From positions 813,128 to 877,127 of the forward strand of contig OZ240228.1 of NCBI GenBank assembly GCA_965197795.1: a stretch of 64,000 nucleotides of DNA. The letters are read 5' to 3'. Below, piece by piece: positions 48,776 through 58,238 of the stretch. The position numbers and the translations under genes were made by a program. This DNA is from Dehalococcoidia bacterium. GTDB lineage: Bacteria > Chloroflexota > Dehalococcoidia > DSTF01 > WHTK01. Every line of letters begins with the position of its first letter. The first letter of the stretch is position 1. The notes under the pieces were generated by a model. The model searched no databases. It saw nothing but the letters and a program-made list of their open reading frames with translations, and was not told the origin of the DNA.

Positions 48776-48974
48776 TAGCCGTACAAGGTGGTCTGCTTTG
48801 GTCTAGGCGAAGACATGGCGTTACCCATCGAAAGCCACCGCCGTGACCAGAGCCGAGCATACCGTTCCAGTCACTCGACTGCGAGCTAGCGCGGCAAGAC
48901 AACGGTCAGCTCGAAGGGATAGCCTTTACTCGCCACCGCACGAACATGGTGGAGTGTGCACCTAGTGAACAGGC

Positions 48975-49298
48975 CTAGCGTCTCCCGAAGCCCCCGTCGT
49001 GCAGTACCGTCTTGCGCCCGCGGCAGGACTGGCACAGCGCCTGAAGGTTGGCCCAGGCATCGGACCCGCTCCGAGATTTGGGGCGGACGTGGTCAACGAC
49101 CGTAGCCCTGGCACCACAAGCTACGCAGCGCGGCTGGCTCGCCAGGACCCGGCGACGGAGGCGTTGCCAAGCACCACCGTAGCCACGACTAGCAGTAGTA
49201 GGGCGCTGCACTTGGTGTCTGAGGCACCGCGCCGACCGTGTGAGGACGGTGCAGTCCGGCTCAGAGCAGGGAGCGGGCAACCGGCGGCGCATGGCCAC
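48975..49298 (-). CDS. phage-type HNH endonuclease (copy 2)
   Basis: 107 aa, about 85% identical to 32338..32655. Located just upstream of terS/terL, as in HK97-like packaging modules. Confidence 0.7.
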   Translation of the reverse strand: MAMRRRLPAPCSEPDCTVLTRSARCLRHQVQRPTTASRGYGGAWQRLRRRVLASQPRCVACGARATVVDHVRPKSRSGSDAWANLQALCQSCRGRKTVLHDGGFGRR

Positions 49299-49510
49299 AG
49301 GATAACCGAGTCGCCTCGCGAAAAAGTTAATCTAGGCAACCCCCCAGACCGCGCAAAACCCGTCTTCCATTTTTTCCGAAAAAACAGGGGTTGGTTTGGC
49401 ACCCCTCCGGACGGCGTTTCGAGTCTGGCTCCGGGCGGCCCAGATTCAAACCGCCCCGGTCCATTTCGGCTCAAAAGAGGCCGAAAAGTGCTCACCCAGA
49501 CGGCTATCCC

Positions 49511-49939
49511 ATGACTAGCGGGCGGGTGCCGAAGCAGAATGCAGACCGTCTGACCACGCATTCCTCGGAGGTCAACAAGGAGCTGCGGCTCCCCGGCAAG
49601 GTGCACCCACCGAAGGCCCCGGTGCAGTGGCCTGAGAACGTCAAGAAGTGGTACGGCCTGCTGCGGCGATCCGGGCAAGCCGAGCTGTTCGACTACAGCG
49701 ACTGGGCGCTGGCCCTCCAGGCTGGAGACTGCCTGACCTACGCCCGGGCGTCAATCGTGAAGAGTCCATGGGCGGCCGTGCAGTGGATGCGCACGTTCGA
49801 CGCCATGTACGCCCGCCTCGGCGCTACGTTCATCGACCGGCGGCGCGAGCGGCTGGAGCTGCACAGGGGCGACGTCATCGAGGAGGAGAGTGAGGCACCG
49901 GACACCATCATGGCGTATCGGGAGCGTTTCGGCGAATGA
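49511..49939 (+). CDS. phage terminase small subunit
   Basis: MTSGRVPKQNADRLTTHSSEVNKELRLPGKVHPPKAPVQWPENVKKWYGLLRRSGQAELFDYSDWALAL, directly preceding the terminase large-subunit gene. Confidence 0.6.
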   Translation: MTSGRVPKQNADRLTTHSSEVNKELRLPGKVHPPKAPVQWPENVKKWYGLLRRSGQAELFDYSDWALALQAGDCLTYARASIVKSPWAAVQWMRTFDAMYARLGATFIDRRRERLELHRGDVIEEESEAPDTIMAYRERFGE

Positions 49940-50979
49940 AGGCGCTGCGGACGCTCCCCGAGGGCTTGCCCGGGCCGGCCCAGAGCATCGGCTGGTGGGT
50001 GGCCGACTGGTGTGAGCGCAACCTCGAGGTCCCAGACGGCCCGGAGGCCGGTAAGTCATGGCGCTTCACAAGGAGCAAGGGAGGTTCCTGCTGTGGTGGT
50101 ACGCCATCGATGAGAAGGGCCTGTTTCGCTACCGCTACGGCGTCCTACAGCGGGCGAAGGGTTGGGGCAAGGACCCGCTGGCGGGCGCGATCGCGCTATG
50201 TGAGCTGATGGGGGCCGTGCCGTTTTGACCGGATCGAGGGCGGCGTCGCCTACGCAAAGCCGGAGGCTTCACCGTGGATTGCCATCGCGGCGGTAGCGGA
50301 GGAGCAGACGCGCAACACGACCAACCTCTTCGACGGGTTCCTTCCTCCCCGGACGCGGAGACGGTACAAGATGCAGGTCGGCAAGAAGATCTGGCGCGCA
50401 ACGGTCGGCGGCCGGACGGGGGAGATTCCGCCTCGCGCCACGTCTTACCGCACGGCCGAGGGCGCTCGGCCGACGGCCTACATCCTCGGCGAGACGCAGC
50501 ACTGGCGCGCGGAGAACCACGGCCACGACATGTACGCGGCGATCCAGCGCAACCTGGGCAAATCGCGCGAGGGCGCGGCCCGTGCGCTGGCGACCACCAA
50601 CGCCTTCCGCCCAGGTGAGGACAGCATCGCCGAGCGTGACTACGACGCCTGGTTGGAGCAGTCGCGCGGCGGCCGGGTCGACATCCTTTATGATTCAGTG
50701 GAGCCTGTACTGGCGGATGACTTCGATGAGGACGACGACGAGGTGATGATGGAGGGCATCGCGGTAGCTTACGGCGACTCGCTCCCGTTCATATCGCCGT
50801 CCCGGATCATGGCGGAGGTCAGGTCGCCGACGGTTACCACGGCCGACGCGAAGCGCTTCTACCTCAACCTCCGTGTAGCCGGTGCCGGTGCCTGGATGAA
50901 CCCTTCGGCCTGGGACGCGAGCTACCGATCGCGCCTCGCGTTCCCTCTCTCCCGAACGAAAATCTGCTCAGGGACCTAG
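49936..50979 (+). pseudogene. phage terminase large subunit, N-terminal two-thirds, with two frameshifts (about 50065 and 50225), truncated
   Basis: Three frames join to give ...SWRFT|EQGRFLLWWYAIDEKGLFRYRYGVLQRAKGWGKDPLAGAIALCELMG|DRIEGGVAYAKPEASPWIAIAAVAEEQTRNTTNLFDGFLPPRTRRRYKMQVGKKIW... This is the terminase_1-type ATPase domain. The ORF ends at about 350 aa. Confidence 0.6.
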
Positions 50980-51969
50980 ACTCTGACCACTTCAAGACCT
51001 CCAAGGCTAAGCTAGATGAAGCGGCTGGTATTGCAGAGTCCGCGCTCCGAGAGTCGGACGAGGACCGTTCAATTGGACTATGGCAGCGGTTGTTCAGGAC
51101 AAGATTCCCGCAGCGAGTCGATTGAGGTCTGCGTTAGCTCCAGATGTCGTCGAAGCAGACCAGGTGCAGGTCTTCGCGAGAGAGCGGCGGTTGAGCGTCT
51201 AAGGTAGCCGGGCCAGCCTCCGGCCCAACGGCGTCCATTGAACGGACCTGGCTAATCACAGGCTCAATGTTCTGGTCTCGCTGGAACTGTTCGTAGACCC
51301 GCCGCAGGTCTCGGATGGCGGTATGGGTCATCGGGGACCGTAGGCGCTCACCGCCTCTCTGACCTCGGCCCGCTTGACGGATGGGCTGTTCAGGTACCCT
51401 CGCAGCAGCGTTATGATCGTCTGTTGCAACGGGTCCAGGATTCTGGGGGGGGGGGCGGCGGCTTCCACCGCCTGCTGTTCGCGCACGGAGCCGAGGATGT
51501 CGTTGATTACCCTGTCCTGGATGGCGAAGACATCGGGCCGCAACCGTGGAGTATTAGCGCAACTGGCGGCGGTCCCAATCCGGCCGCCGTGAACAGCGCA
51601 AGCCCCGCTACGAACCGGCAGGAGGCCAACTCGGACGGCTGCCTGGCCGGGATGGCGGCCACTGCCCCGACGTGCGTAGCAGCCAGACCCGCACCAAAGT
51701 GGGGCGGGTGAAAAGTCTAGAGCTCACTCGCCTGTAGAGCGTGGTTGGCCATCGTTTATACAGTCGCGAAATAAGCTTTTGGGATCAGGTTGAATCTGAG
51801 CGGCGCGATTTTGAATCTGCGGGCGCGTGCAAAAACACGTCAAAACAGGCCTAAAACATGCAAAAACAGGCCAAAAGGGCGATATGTGTTGGTTGATCAA
51901 TGCGTGTGCGATGAGGCTTCGATGAACAGCGGTGAGTGGTACGCTTGAGTGAGATAGCCCAGGAGGCAG

Positions 51970-52371
51970 ATGATGGCCAAAAGTAGCGGCGGCGGCGGCG
52001 GGCGTAAGCCTCAGCCGACGGCGCTCAAGGTACTGAAAGGCAACCCGGGCAGGCGCCCACTCAACGAGGCTGAGCCCAAGCCCGAGGTGCTCTTACCGAG
52101 CCCGCCGGCACACCTGCCGCCCGCGGCCCGCCGGGAGTGGCGCCGCTCCGGCGCGTTCCTGGTGGAGATGGGGCTGATGACTGACCTGGATGTGGCGGCG
52201 CGGGCCGCGTACTGCGTGGCGTATAGCCACTGGGTAGACGCCGAGCATCAGATGCGCAAGCACGGCATACTCATGAAGTCGACTCGAGGGGAGCCGACAC
52301 GGAGTCCGTACTGGTTCATTTCAACGAAATCGATGGACTTGATGCGGTCGTTCCTGCTCGAGGCTGACTGA
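51970..52371 (+). CDS. phage terminase small subunit, P27 family
   Basis: GRKPQPTALKVLKGNPGRRPLNEAEP...LPPAARREWRR...GLMTDLDVAARAAYCVAYSHWVDAE matches the P27 TerS consensus. Confidence 0.65.
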   Translation: MMAKSSGGGGGRKPQPTALKVLKGNPGRRPLNEAEPKPEVLLPSPPAHLPPAARREWRRSGAFLVEMGLMTDLDVAARAAYCVAYSHWVDAEHQMRKHGILMKSTRGEPTRSPYWFISTKSMDLMRSFLLEAD

Positions 52372-52905
52372 CTTCGAGAAGCTTTACCCGTCCTTGCTAT
52401 AAGTAAGCGGCCTGCGTGGACGTCGTCGAGGTCCCGATCGGTGATCTCCGTCCGGATTCCGCCAACCCGCGCCGCATCTCTACTGAGCCGGCCGAGGCCA
52501 TGAGGCACTTGACCGTAGGCCATGCCACGCCCTGAGGAGAATGGCTCATTCGACGTCTCAGAACCTGAACGGCCGGCTTCGACCTAAGCCGTCCAGGCGA
52601 GGCGAGGGATTGCGCACGGGCGTCTAGAGTGCCGAGGTGGATATCGTCACCGCGGATTGCAACGTGTCTTCTCCTGCTCAACTTCGACACGCGCGGCGCG
52701 CGCCGCGGGGGCGATCGCACGGCCTCTCTCACGAGTGCAAGCGCTCTATGCGCAGCGTAACCCACCAAGCTATCGGATTAGCGTCGGTAGCGTCGGCCGT
52801 TCCGTCTCTTGATAGCTCCACTCGCGGAAGCCACCTCAGCGACGAGCTTGGCGTGCGCAAGTGCCGGCGTCGGATTTCGCCCTTGGCCTTTTGCCTTCGG
52901 CATAA

Positions 52906-53247
52906 CTGCCTCCAAGCGCTGCATCCAATTACGGAGACTGGCCTGACTCTCGAGCGGAAGAGAAGGGAATTGATGTCGCTCTTGCGATCGATTTCGTCAC
53001 GGGGGCTGTGGACCGCACCTACGATGTGGGGGTCATTCTATCGACCGACACCGCCTTGAGGCCTGCCCTCGAATGGGTGATGGCTCGTTACACGGAGTAT
53101 CCGCGAGCTGAAGCTGCGGCCTGGCGCGGTCAGCTCGCCCGTAAACGCCTACAGGTTAGGGTCAATGGGCGTCAATCATGGTGCCACTTGCTGGATCGCG
53201 AGGTCTACGATGCAGTGGCTGATGAGACGGATTACAACGTTGCATGA
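52906..53247 (+). pseudogene. NYN/LabA-like (PIN-fold) domain remnant lacking the N-terminal part
   Basis: Hand translation gives ...RAEEKGIDVALAIDFVTGAVDRTYDVGVILSTDTALRPALEWVMAR..., resembling the NYN core (DValA.D....YD..vLvSgD.DF.P). The frame opens after a TAA at 52903 with no start codon. Confidence 0.35.
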
Positions 53248-53400
53248 GTCTTGCCCTTCCCATCCCAGGACTCTCTTGGCGATCTCGCGGCCCACTTTTG
53301 CCCTCAGGAAAATTTGAACCAACTGCCTTCTGAAGATACCGCGCGTGGCAAGGCAAGTCGTGTACGTACGGAGCATCCACCTCCGGTGGCTCCTGAGGAC

Positions 53401-53453
53401 AGGTGAGCATACCCTTATAGAGGAACGCTCTTAAGGGTATGCTCACCTGTCCT
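53401..53453. other. perfect 20-bp inverted repeat hairpin (GACAGGTGAGCATACCCTTA-13 nt loop-TAAGGGTATGCTCACCTGTC) overlapping the helicase gene stop
   Basis: Seen directly in sequence. Candidate terminator or protein-binding site. Confidence 0.5.
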
Positions 53454-55277
53454 TAGATAACCGGCGACTGTCCTGCGACTTGCACCGGCCAGCTGTGCCA
53501 CGCCGCTGGTTGTAATTGGCGCGCACCTCTTCTGCAGTTGTAACACAGCACTGCGGATCCGTCTCTCCGCATCCTCGCGGCGCCGGTCGTTAAGCTGCGA
53601 CGACTCACTGTTGGTTATTAGCTCGTCAACATGGAGCCCTGGTACTGGGTGGCTCGTATGCAGAACAACCCGAAGCTGCTGCCGTGTTGAACCAATGCAC
53701 TTCGAGAGGAGAGCAGGTTGCTCAAGCGTGAAAATACGGGCTCGCTGGATAGATTGTTCCATCTCGTCTTCACGTGCTGCTCGCAGAAGTTCAGCAACGC
53801 GAGGATCAATGCAGTCCACTACGTCGACCTCGTATCCTTGTCCGCCGAAGACTCGAGGTGATAGCACCATCCGGCCACTCACCGGTGGCTCGTTCGTATG
53901 CAATACCTGCGCCAGGAAGAATAGATCCTGCAGAGACGGCATCGGCCGTCCCACGAGGTGCAGCCTCTCCACGTCTGCGAGCGCGTTGGTGCCGCGAACG
54001 CTGCCAAACGTCACTACCTGCTCCTCGGCAAAGCCATCGGAGACGAGGCCTGCTCGCATCCCGCGAAAACAGATGACACCTTCTTTTTCGGGAGGTAGTG
54101 GGAGCGATAGCCGTTCAGAGTTGATCTCGGCCCGGACTTGGAGGGCTTTGTTCGCGTTACTTAGCACTGTGTGGCCGTTCGTGGTGGCTGCATACTGGAC
54201 CACCTTGACGTTTTGTGGCTTGCGGATAGCCACATCGATATCTGGCAGCCTCTCGTGATCGCGGGTTAGATGATGAACTAGGGTGGTCACCGGAGTGGCG
54301 TCAAGGAGCAGTAAGTCCAGCTGCGATAAGAGCGCCTCTCCTATCCTGCTCCTGACATGGTGCTTGAGGTTCCAGACCTCGATGCCGTCTAGGCTGAGAC
54401 GTAGCCGGCTGTTGAAGTCATCCCCAGCTTTGAATGAGCCGAGCTCATCTTGCAGAGTAGCGAAGAGGGTGTCGAGAGTCGCGGGTGGGGCTCTCTCCAC
54501 GGATTCACGGCTGACTAGACCTTGCTCATCTGCCGTAGGCTTCGGAAGCCTGGTCTGTTTGGGCAGCGCCTCAATCAAAGTCACGATGTCGAATCCGTAG
54601 CGGCGGGCGGTTCTCGCAAGCTGATCCCACGCATGGCCCCCTATCAGCCTCACGGGGCCACCGTCTTCGCGACATGGGACTTCCAGGGCTGCGTGGCTGA
54701 GGATTGCCAGTAGCCTGCGTAACCCGGTTCGGCGTTTGCCTCGCAGGAGCTTATAAGCGCGTACTAAGTCTTCTCTACTAATGTAAATGCGCTCTACTAG
54801 GGCTCGCATGAGGTCGGCATCGTCCACTACCAGGAGCCTGCCGCCGGCCAGGAAGTTGCGGTTAAAGAGCTGCTCGGCAGCGGCGACTCGTGGTCCAGCC
54901 TGTTCAAACTGACGCCAGTAGGCGCAATCGTTGCGTATTGGGCAGCGTGGCTTGTCGCTCCGGCCGCAGGCCAAGTCTTCCACGCTATGTCCGGATTGTG
55001 CCAAGGCCTCTACGACATCGTGACGATGACAGTTGCCGGGATGCCGGCCCTCAACTAAGACGTAGCCGTGCTCGGCTGCCAACTCGCGCGCGAGGCGAAG
55101 TGAACCCGTGACAATGCGCGTATTCACGCCTCGCCTGTGCACAGCTTCGGCAACTGCTGTGGTCTTGCCGACACCAGGTGAGCTTTTAATCAGTTGCGCC
55201 TTCACTCCCGATGTCCCGCCTTCGATGAACTGGCGGATGGCTTCTGTTGTGTCACGACGCGCCGTAGCCAATGGCAC
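53415..55277 (-). CDS. P-loop ATPase, putative replicative helicase of the element (primase-associated)
   Basis: Walker A SSPGVGKTTAV and Walker B LLVVDDADL. 620 aa. Located directly downstream of a Zn-finger/Toprim primase gene. Confidence 0.4.
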   Translation of the reverse strand: MPLATARRDTTEAIRQFIEGGTSGVKAQLIKSSPGVGKTTAVAEAVHRRGVNTRIVTGSLRLARELAAEHGYVLVEGRHPGNCHRHDVVEALAQSGHSVEDLACGRSDKPRCPIRNDCAYWRQFEQAGPRVAAAEQLFNRNFLAGGRLLVVDDADLMRALVERIYISREDLVRAYKLLRGKRRTGLRRLLAILSHAALEVPCREDGGPVRLIGGHAWDQLARTARRYGFDIVTLIEALPKQTRLPKPTADEQGLVSRESVERAPPATLDTLFATLQDELGSFKAGDDFNSRLRLSLDGIEVWNLKHHVRSRIGEALLSQLDLLLLDATPVTTLVHHLTRDHERLPDIDVAIRKPQNVKVVQYAATTNGHTVLSNANKALQVRAEINSERLSLPLPPEKEGVICFRGMRAGLVSDGFAEEQVVTFGSVRGTNALADVERLHLVGRPMPSLQDLFFLAQVLHTNEPPVSGRMVLSPRVFGGQGYEVDVVDCIDPRVAELLRAAREDEMEQSIQRARIFTLEQPALLSKCIGSTRQQLRVVLHTSHPVPGLHVDELITNSESSQLNDRRREDAERRIRSAVLQLQKRCAPITTSGVAQLAGASRRTVAGYLRTGEHTLKSVPL

Positions 55278-55293
55278 GCCCGTGACGACAGCG

Positions 55294-56457
55294 CTACTGA
55301 TTGCCGAAGGCCTTACTGGCCGCCGTTCGCCGATGCCGGGAGGAGCGAAGCACCTCGACCGAATGCGCGCCGTCCCCCAGCGAGAAGCAAGTCGTCAAGA
55401 CCCTTCGGCCCGCCCACCTCGTCACCCTCCCACACAGCCCGGAAGACCGGCAGGCCCGCATCAAACAGCTCCCGCAGCCACCGTTCTCTTGCGCGCGTGG
55501 TGTTTGGATTGTCCTCTTCGTCGAGTGCAACGATGACTCGGCCCGGGTGAAGGTCGCAATCACGCCAACGTGGTGAGCGCTAAGCGATTGGCCGGCCAGG
55601 CCCATGACCGTCACTTCACCCAGCCGATGCGCCACGTGGGCTTTGATGCCGCCCTCGGTCAGGTATAGATCACCGCCCGGTTCGGGAATTCCTGCTATGT
55701 GGTAAAGCCCGGCCGTGCGTGTGCCCCGTGCTGTTTCGTACTTGCCGCCGACGAACTTGAACTGAAGCCCAGTGATCAGACTCGTCTCATCTCGATAAGG
55801 CACGGCGTAGGCCTCTTGACTTCCAGAGGTGCGAAAGCTCGTGCGCCCGTTCTTATCGACGAAGCCGGGCCATCGCCTGAGGTATCGCTCCCCGAAGCGG
55901 TTCACTAGGTTAAGGAGAAAGCGCTGGACACTGCTGCCCCTGCGTGGTAGAGAACAATAGCCGACCTCCCGGACGTCATCGTCCGTTAGTCCGCGCCGTC
56001 TGAGGTCGGCCCGCGCCTCCGGTCGAAGGTCTAGGAGACTCAGTGCCGCGGTATAAATGGCGTCGACCTCATCTCGGCTTAGGTCTGGAGCCTTACTGGA
56101 AGCCCTAATGCGGGGCTGGGGGCGTTCAACAGAGGGCGGGAAGTCATGCTCAAGCCCGCATGGACATCGCCCGGAGAGCAGATGTTTGTACGCAGGCGGG
56201 TGGGTCTCTATGTCGAGCTGTGCCCTGCCGGCATGCTCGTGACGCGTGCAATATGTTGTTATGCGGAGCGAAAAACCGGCACACCGGACTCCACGCTCTC
56301 GCGGCAGGCCGGAATGACCGCCGCAAACTGGGCACGGGAACAACCGGCTATGGCGCTGGAGATTAGCCTTCCCAATCTGCACCTCTCGCACGACCTGATC
56401 GTTCATGGCAGACGCACTCGACATCTCGCGGTGATCGGCGGCCAGGTCCTGGTTCAT
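55294..56457 (-). CDS. zinc-finger + Toprim DNA primase, apparently frameshifted near 55565
   Basis: CPVCGG...C...C zinc finger. Toprim E (YLTEGGIKA) in the main frame. DxD (RVIVALDEEDNP...) continues in the +2 frame after cacccgggccgag. Confidence 0.45.
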   Translation of the reverse strand: MNQDLAADHREMSSASAMNDQVVREVQIGKANLQRHSRLFPCPVCGGHSGLPRERGVRCAGFSLRITTYCTRHEHAGRAQLDIETHPPAYKHLLSGRCPCGLEHDFPPSVERPQPRIRASSKAPDLSRDEVDAIYTAALSLLDLRPEARADLRRRGLTDDDVREVGYCSLPRRGSSVQRFLLNLVNRFGERYLRRWPGFVDKNGRTSFRTSGSQEAYAVPYRDETSLITGLQFKFVGGKYETARGTRTAGLYHIAGIPEPGGDLYLTEGGIKAHVAHRLGEVTVMGLAGQSLSAHHVGVIATFTRAESSLHSTKRTIQTPRAQENGGCGSCLMRACRSSGLCGRVTRWAGRRVLTTCFSLGDGAHSVEVLRSSRHRRTAASKAFGNQ

Positions 56458-56828
56458 GCAGCACCGCCCGTTGTGCCGGACTGCCGCTCACCGTTATCGC
56501 CGGACGCGGCGGGGTCCTCAACAGGCGCGAAGTCGTCGGCTATAGACTTGAGAATCTCCCGCCACAGCGCATCCCAAGCCGGTGCGCGTGGCCCCGCCGT
56601 CCAGGCCGCCGCAAATCGCGGAGATCGATACCTCGCCGCGGGTTTGCCTCCGGCCTCCTGAACCTCGGTGCTGAGGAGGCCGTCAACGTGCTGCCGGTCG
56701 ACCATGCGCTTGCCGGAGGGGAGTTGAAGAAAGGGCAGCCAGCCCCGGTCAAGCCACCGACGTACCGTGCGAGGATGCACGTCGCACTGCGCCGCGACTT
56801 CCGAGACCGAGAGATATTTGTCCGCCAT
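56454..56828 (-). CDS. excisionase/MerR-type HTH DNA-binding protein
   Basis: LSVSEVAAQCDVHPRTVRRWLDRGWLPFLQLPSGKRMV is an Xis/HTH_17 motif. 4-nt overlap with the primase start. Confidence 0.5.
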   Translation of the reverse strand: MADKYLSVSEVAAQCDVHPRTVRRWLDRGWLPFLQLPSGKRMVDRQHVDGLLSTEVQEAGGKPAARYRSPRFAAAWTAGPRAPAWDALWREILKSIADDFAPVEDPAASGDNGERQSGTTGGAA

Positions 56829-56891
56829 TCGCGCAGAATGCCGCGCAGTGACACGGTCGATGCGGACACGCCAATGCCCGCAAAAGGGTAA

Positions 56892-57758
56892 TTATTGCAA
56901 TGTAAGGCCCGAGGCTTTGGCGAACCGACTGACAGCCTTGCGAATGGCGTCTGAAGAAACGTCGTGCCCATCCAGTTGCAACTCCCGAGCCCGCTTCTCG
57001 TAGCTCAATTTGGGGTCGAGTAGATGGGAAGCCGTCCACCGAGCGTGCAGCTTGAGTTTGGCGGCCTTCGGGACCTGCCATTCGCCGGTGCCGAGGGCCA
57101 GGCCGCGCAGACGGAGCCGAACGGGATCTATCTGTCTATGAACCGAACGCCTCTCCCGCTTCCACAGCGGTCGCTTGAGATGAATTTCGATCTCTAACGT
57201 GTCCACGTCGGCAAGACGTGGCTCATGTGCGGAAACAGACAGGTCCCCGATGACCGTCTCGGCGCCGTCATTGAGAGTGACCGGGGCTGAGGTTTCCAGG
57301 ACCCAGCCAACTGCCCCGACGAGACCGATAAACCCATCTAAGCCGGACTTCACGCGCCTGAGGTGAGAAGCAACCACGAAGGGCTCGGCCCACCGATTGT
57401 GCAGCCGCCAGTCCATGCACAAGCGGCCTACATCACCCTGGTACGCTTTGACATGGTGGCGCTGCGAGCTTCGGAGACGAATCCCGTCGTCGCGGCCGTA
57501 TTGCCGCTGTAAGGGAGTAGACACTTCTTGCTTGAGCCAGGTCGACAACCGCGCCGGCGACCGTGGAAGCCTGTTTGGTCTGTGATGGGCAAGCCGCGTG
57601 ATGATTCGGCGGTTTTGTTCGTAGATGGCCTCGAGGCCTGAGTGAAACTTTTCGCCCTGGGCGCTCTTGTCCTGGTACATGGCTTGAAGTAGTAAGCCGG
57701 TCAGGCGGACCTGGCTATCAGTGAGCGTTAGCCCTCTATGATCGCCGCCTCGTGGCAT
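56892..57758 (-). CDS. hypothetical protein (288 aa)
   Basis: Clean ORF in the replication/regulation module. No motif recognised. Confidence 0.35.
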   Translation of the reverse strand: MPRGGDHRGLTLTDSQVRLTGLLLQAMYQDKSAQGEKFHSGLEAIYEQNRRIITRLAHHRPNRLPRSPARLSTWLKQEVSTPLQRQYGRDDGIRLRSSQRHHVKAYQGDVGRLCMDWRLHNRWAEPFVVASHLRRVKSGLDGFIGLVGAVGWVLETSAPVTLNDGAETVIGDLSVSAHEPRLADVDTLEIEIHLKRPLWKRERRSVHRQIDPVRLRLRGLALGTGEWQVPKAAKLKLHARWTASHLLDPKLSYEKRARELQLDGHDVSSDAIRKAVSRFAKASGLTLQ

Positions 57759-58182
57759 CCGACTACACCATTACCGGAGAGACTCTCAAAAGGTTGCTCA
57801 GACCGGATGATGCGCTGGCGGCGAAACCGTTCGTTAGACGGAACGCGACCCCTGGCGAGCGTCCACAGACTGGCATATCGACCGTCCCCGCGGTTCCCTT
57901 CGCTACCCGCGTCCGACCACTGGTCTCCTAGTATAGGGAAGCGCGAAGGTCACGCGGAACGGAAGGCCTACCGCCGAGGCGCTGTTTATCAACGATGAAC
58001 AGTCATCCCGATGTTCGTCCAGTGGTGAGTAAAGGCTATCCCTTTAGGCTGACCGTTGCTTTGCCGCGCTAGCTCGCGGTCGAGTGACTGGAACAGAATG
58101 GTCTGCTCTGGTCACCGCGGTGGCTTTCGATGGCTAACGCCATATCTTCGCCTAGACCAAAGCAGGCCACGTTCTACGGGCT

Positions 58183-58238
58183 GACTGTCGATCTTCTGAA
58201 TCTGACTTCCTGTGAGACCGTCGATCTTTGCTTAGTAG
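58183..58238 (-). repeat. bipartite repeat unit, copy 7 (reverse); tip of the right terminal inverted repeat
   Basis: GACTGTCGATCTTCTGAATC-tgacttcctgtga-GACCGTCGATCTTTGCTTAGTAG. Confidence 0.8.

Larger units (their letters stand above)
48721..58238. mobile_element. 9.5-kb phage/satellite-like element bounded by ~230-bp imperfect terminal inverted repeats
   Basis: Left end 48721-48950 aligns at about 85% to the reverse complement of 58040-58238 (shared tggtctgctttggtctaggcgaag.atggcgtta.ccatcgaaagccaccgc.gtgaccagagc...cagtcactcgac.gcgagctagcgcggcaa). Interior genes: HNH, TerS, TerL pseudogene, P27 TerS, NYN remnant, helicase, primase, Xis, and a hypothetical. Confidence 0.5.

Noticed and set aside
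53611-54258. 215-aa plus-strand ORF opposite the helicase gene
   Set aside because: Antisense to a gene with Walker A and B motifs. It has no motifs of its own.
20525-58238. The 55-bp repeat units as a CRISPR array
   Set aside because: Copies are tens of kb apart, occur in both orientations and have no regular spacers. They look like element ends or recombination sites instead.
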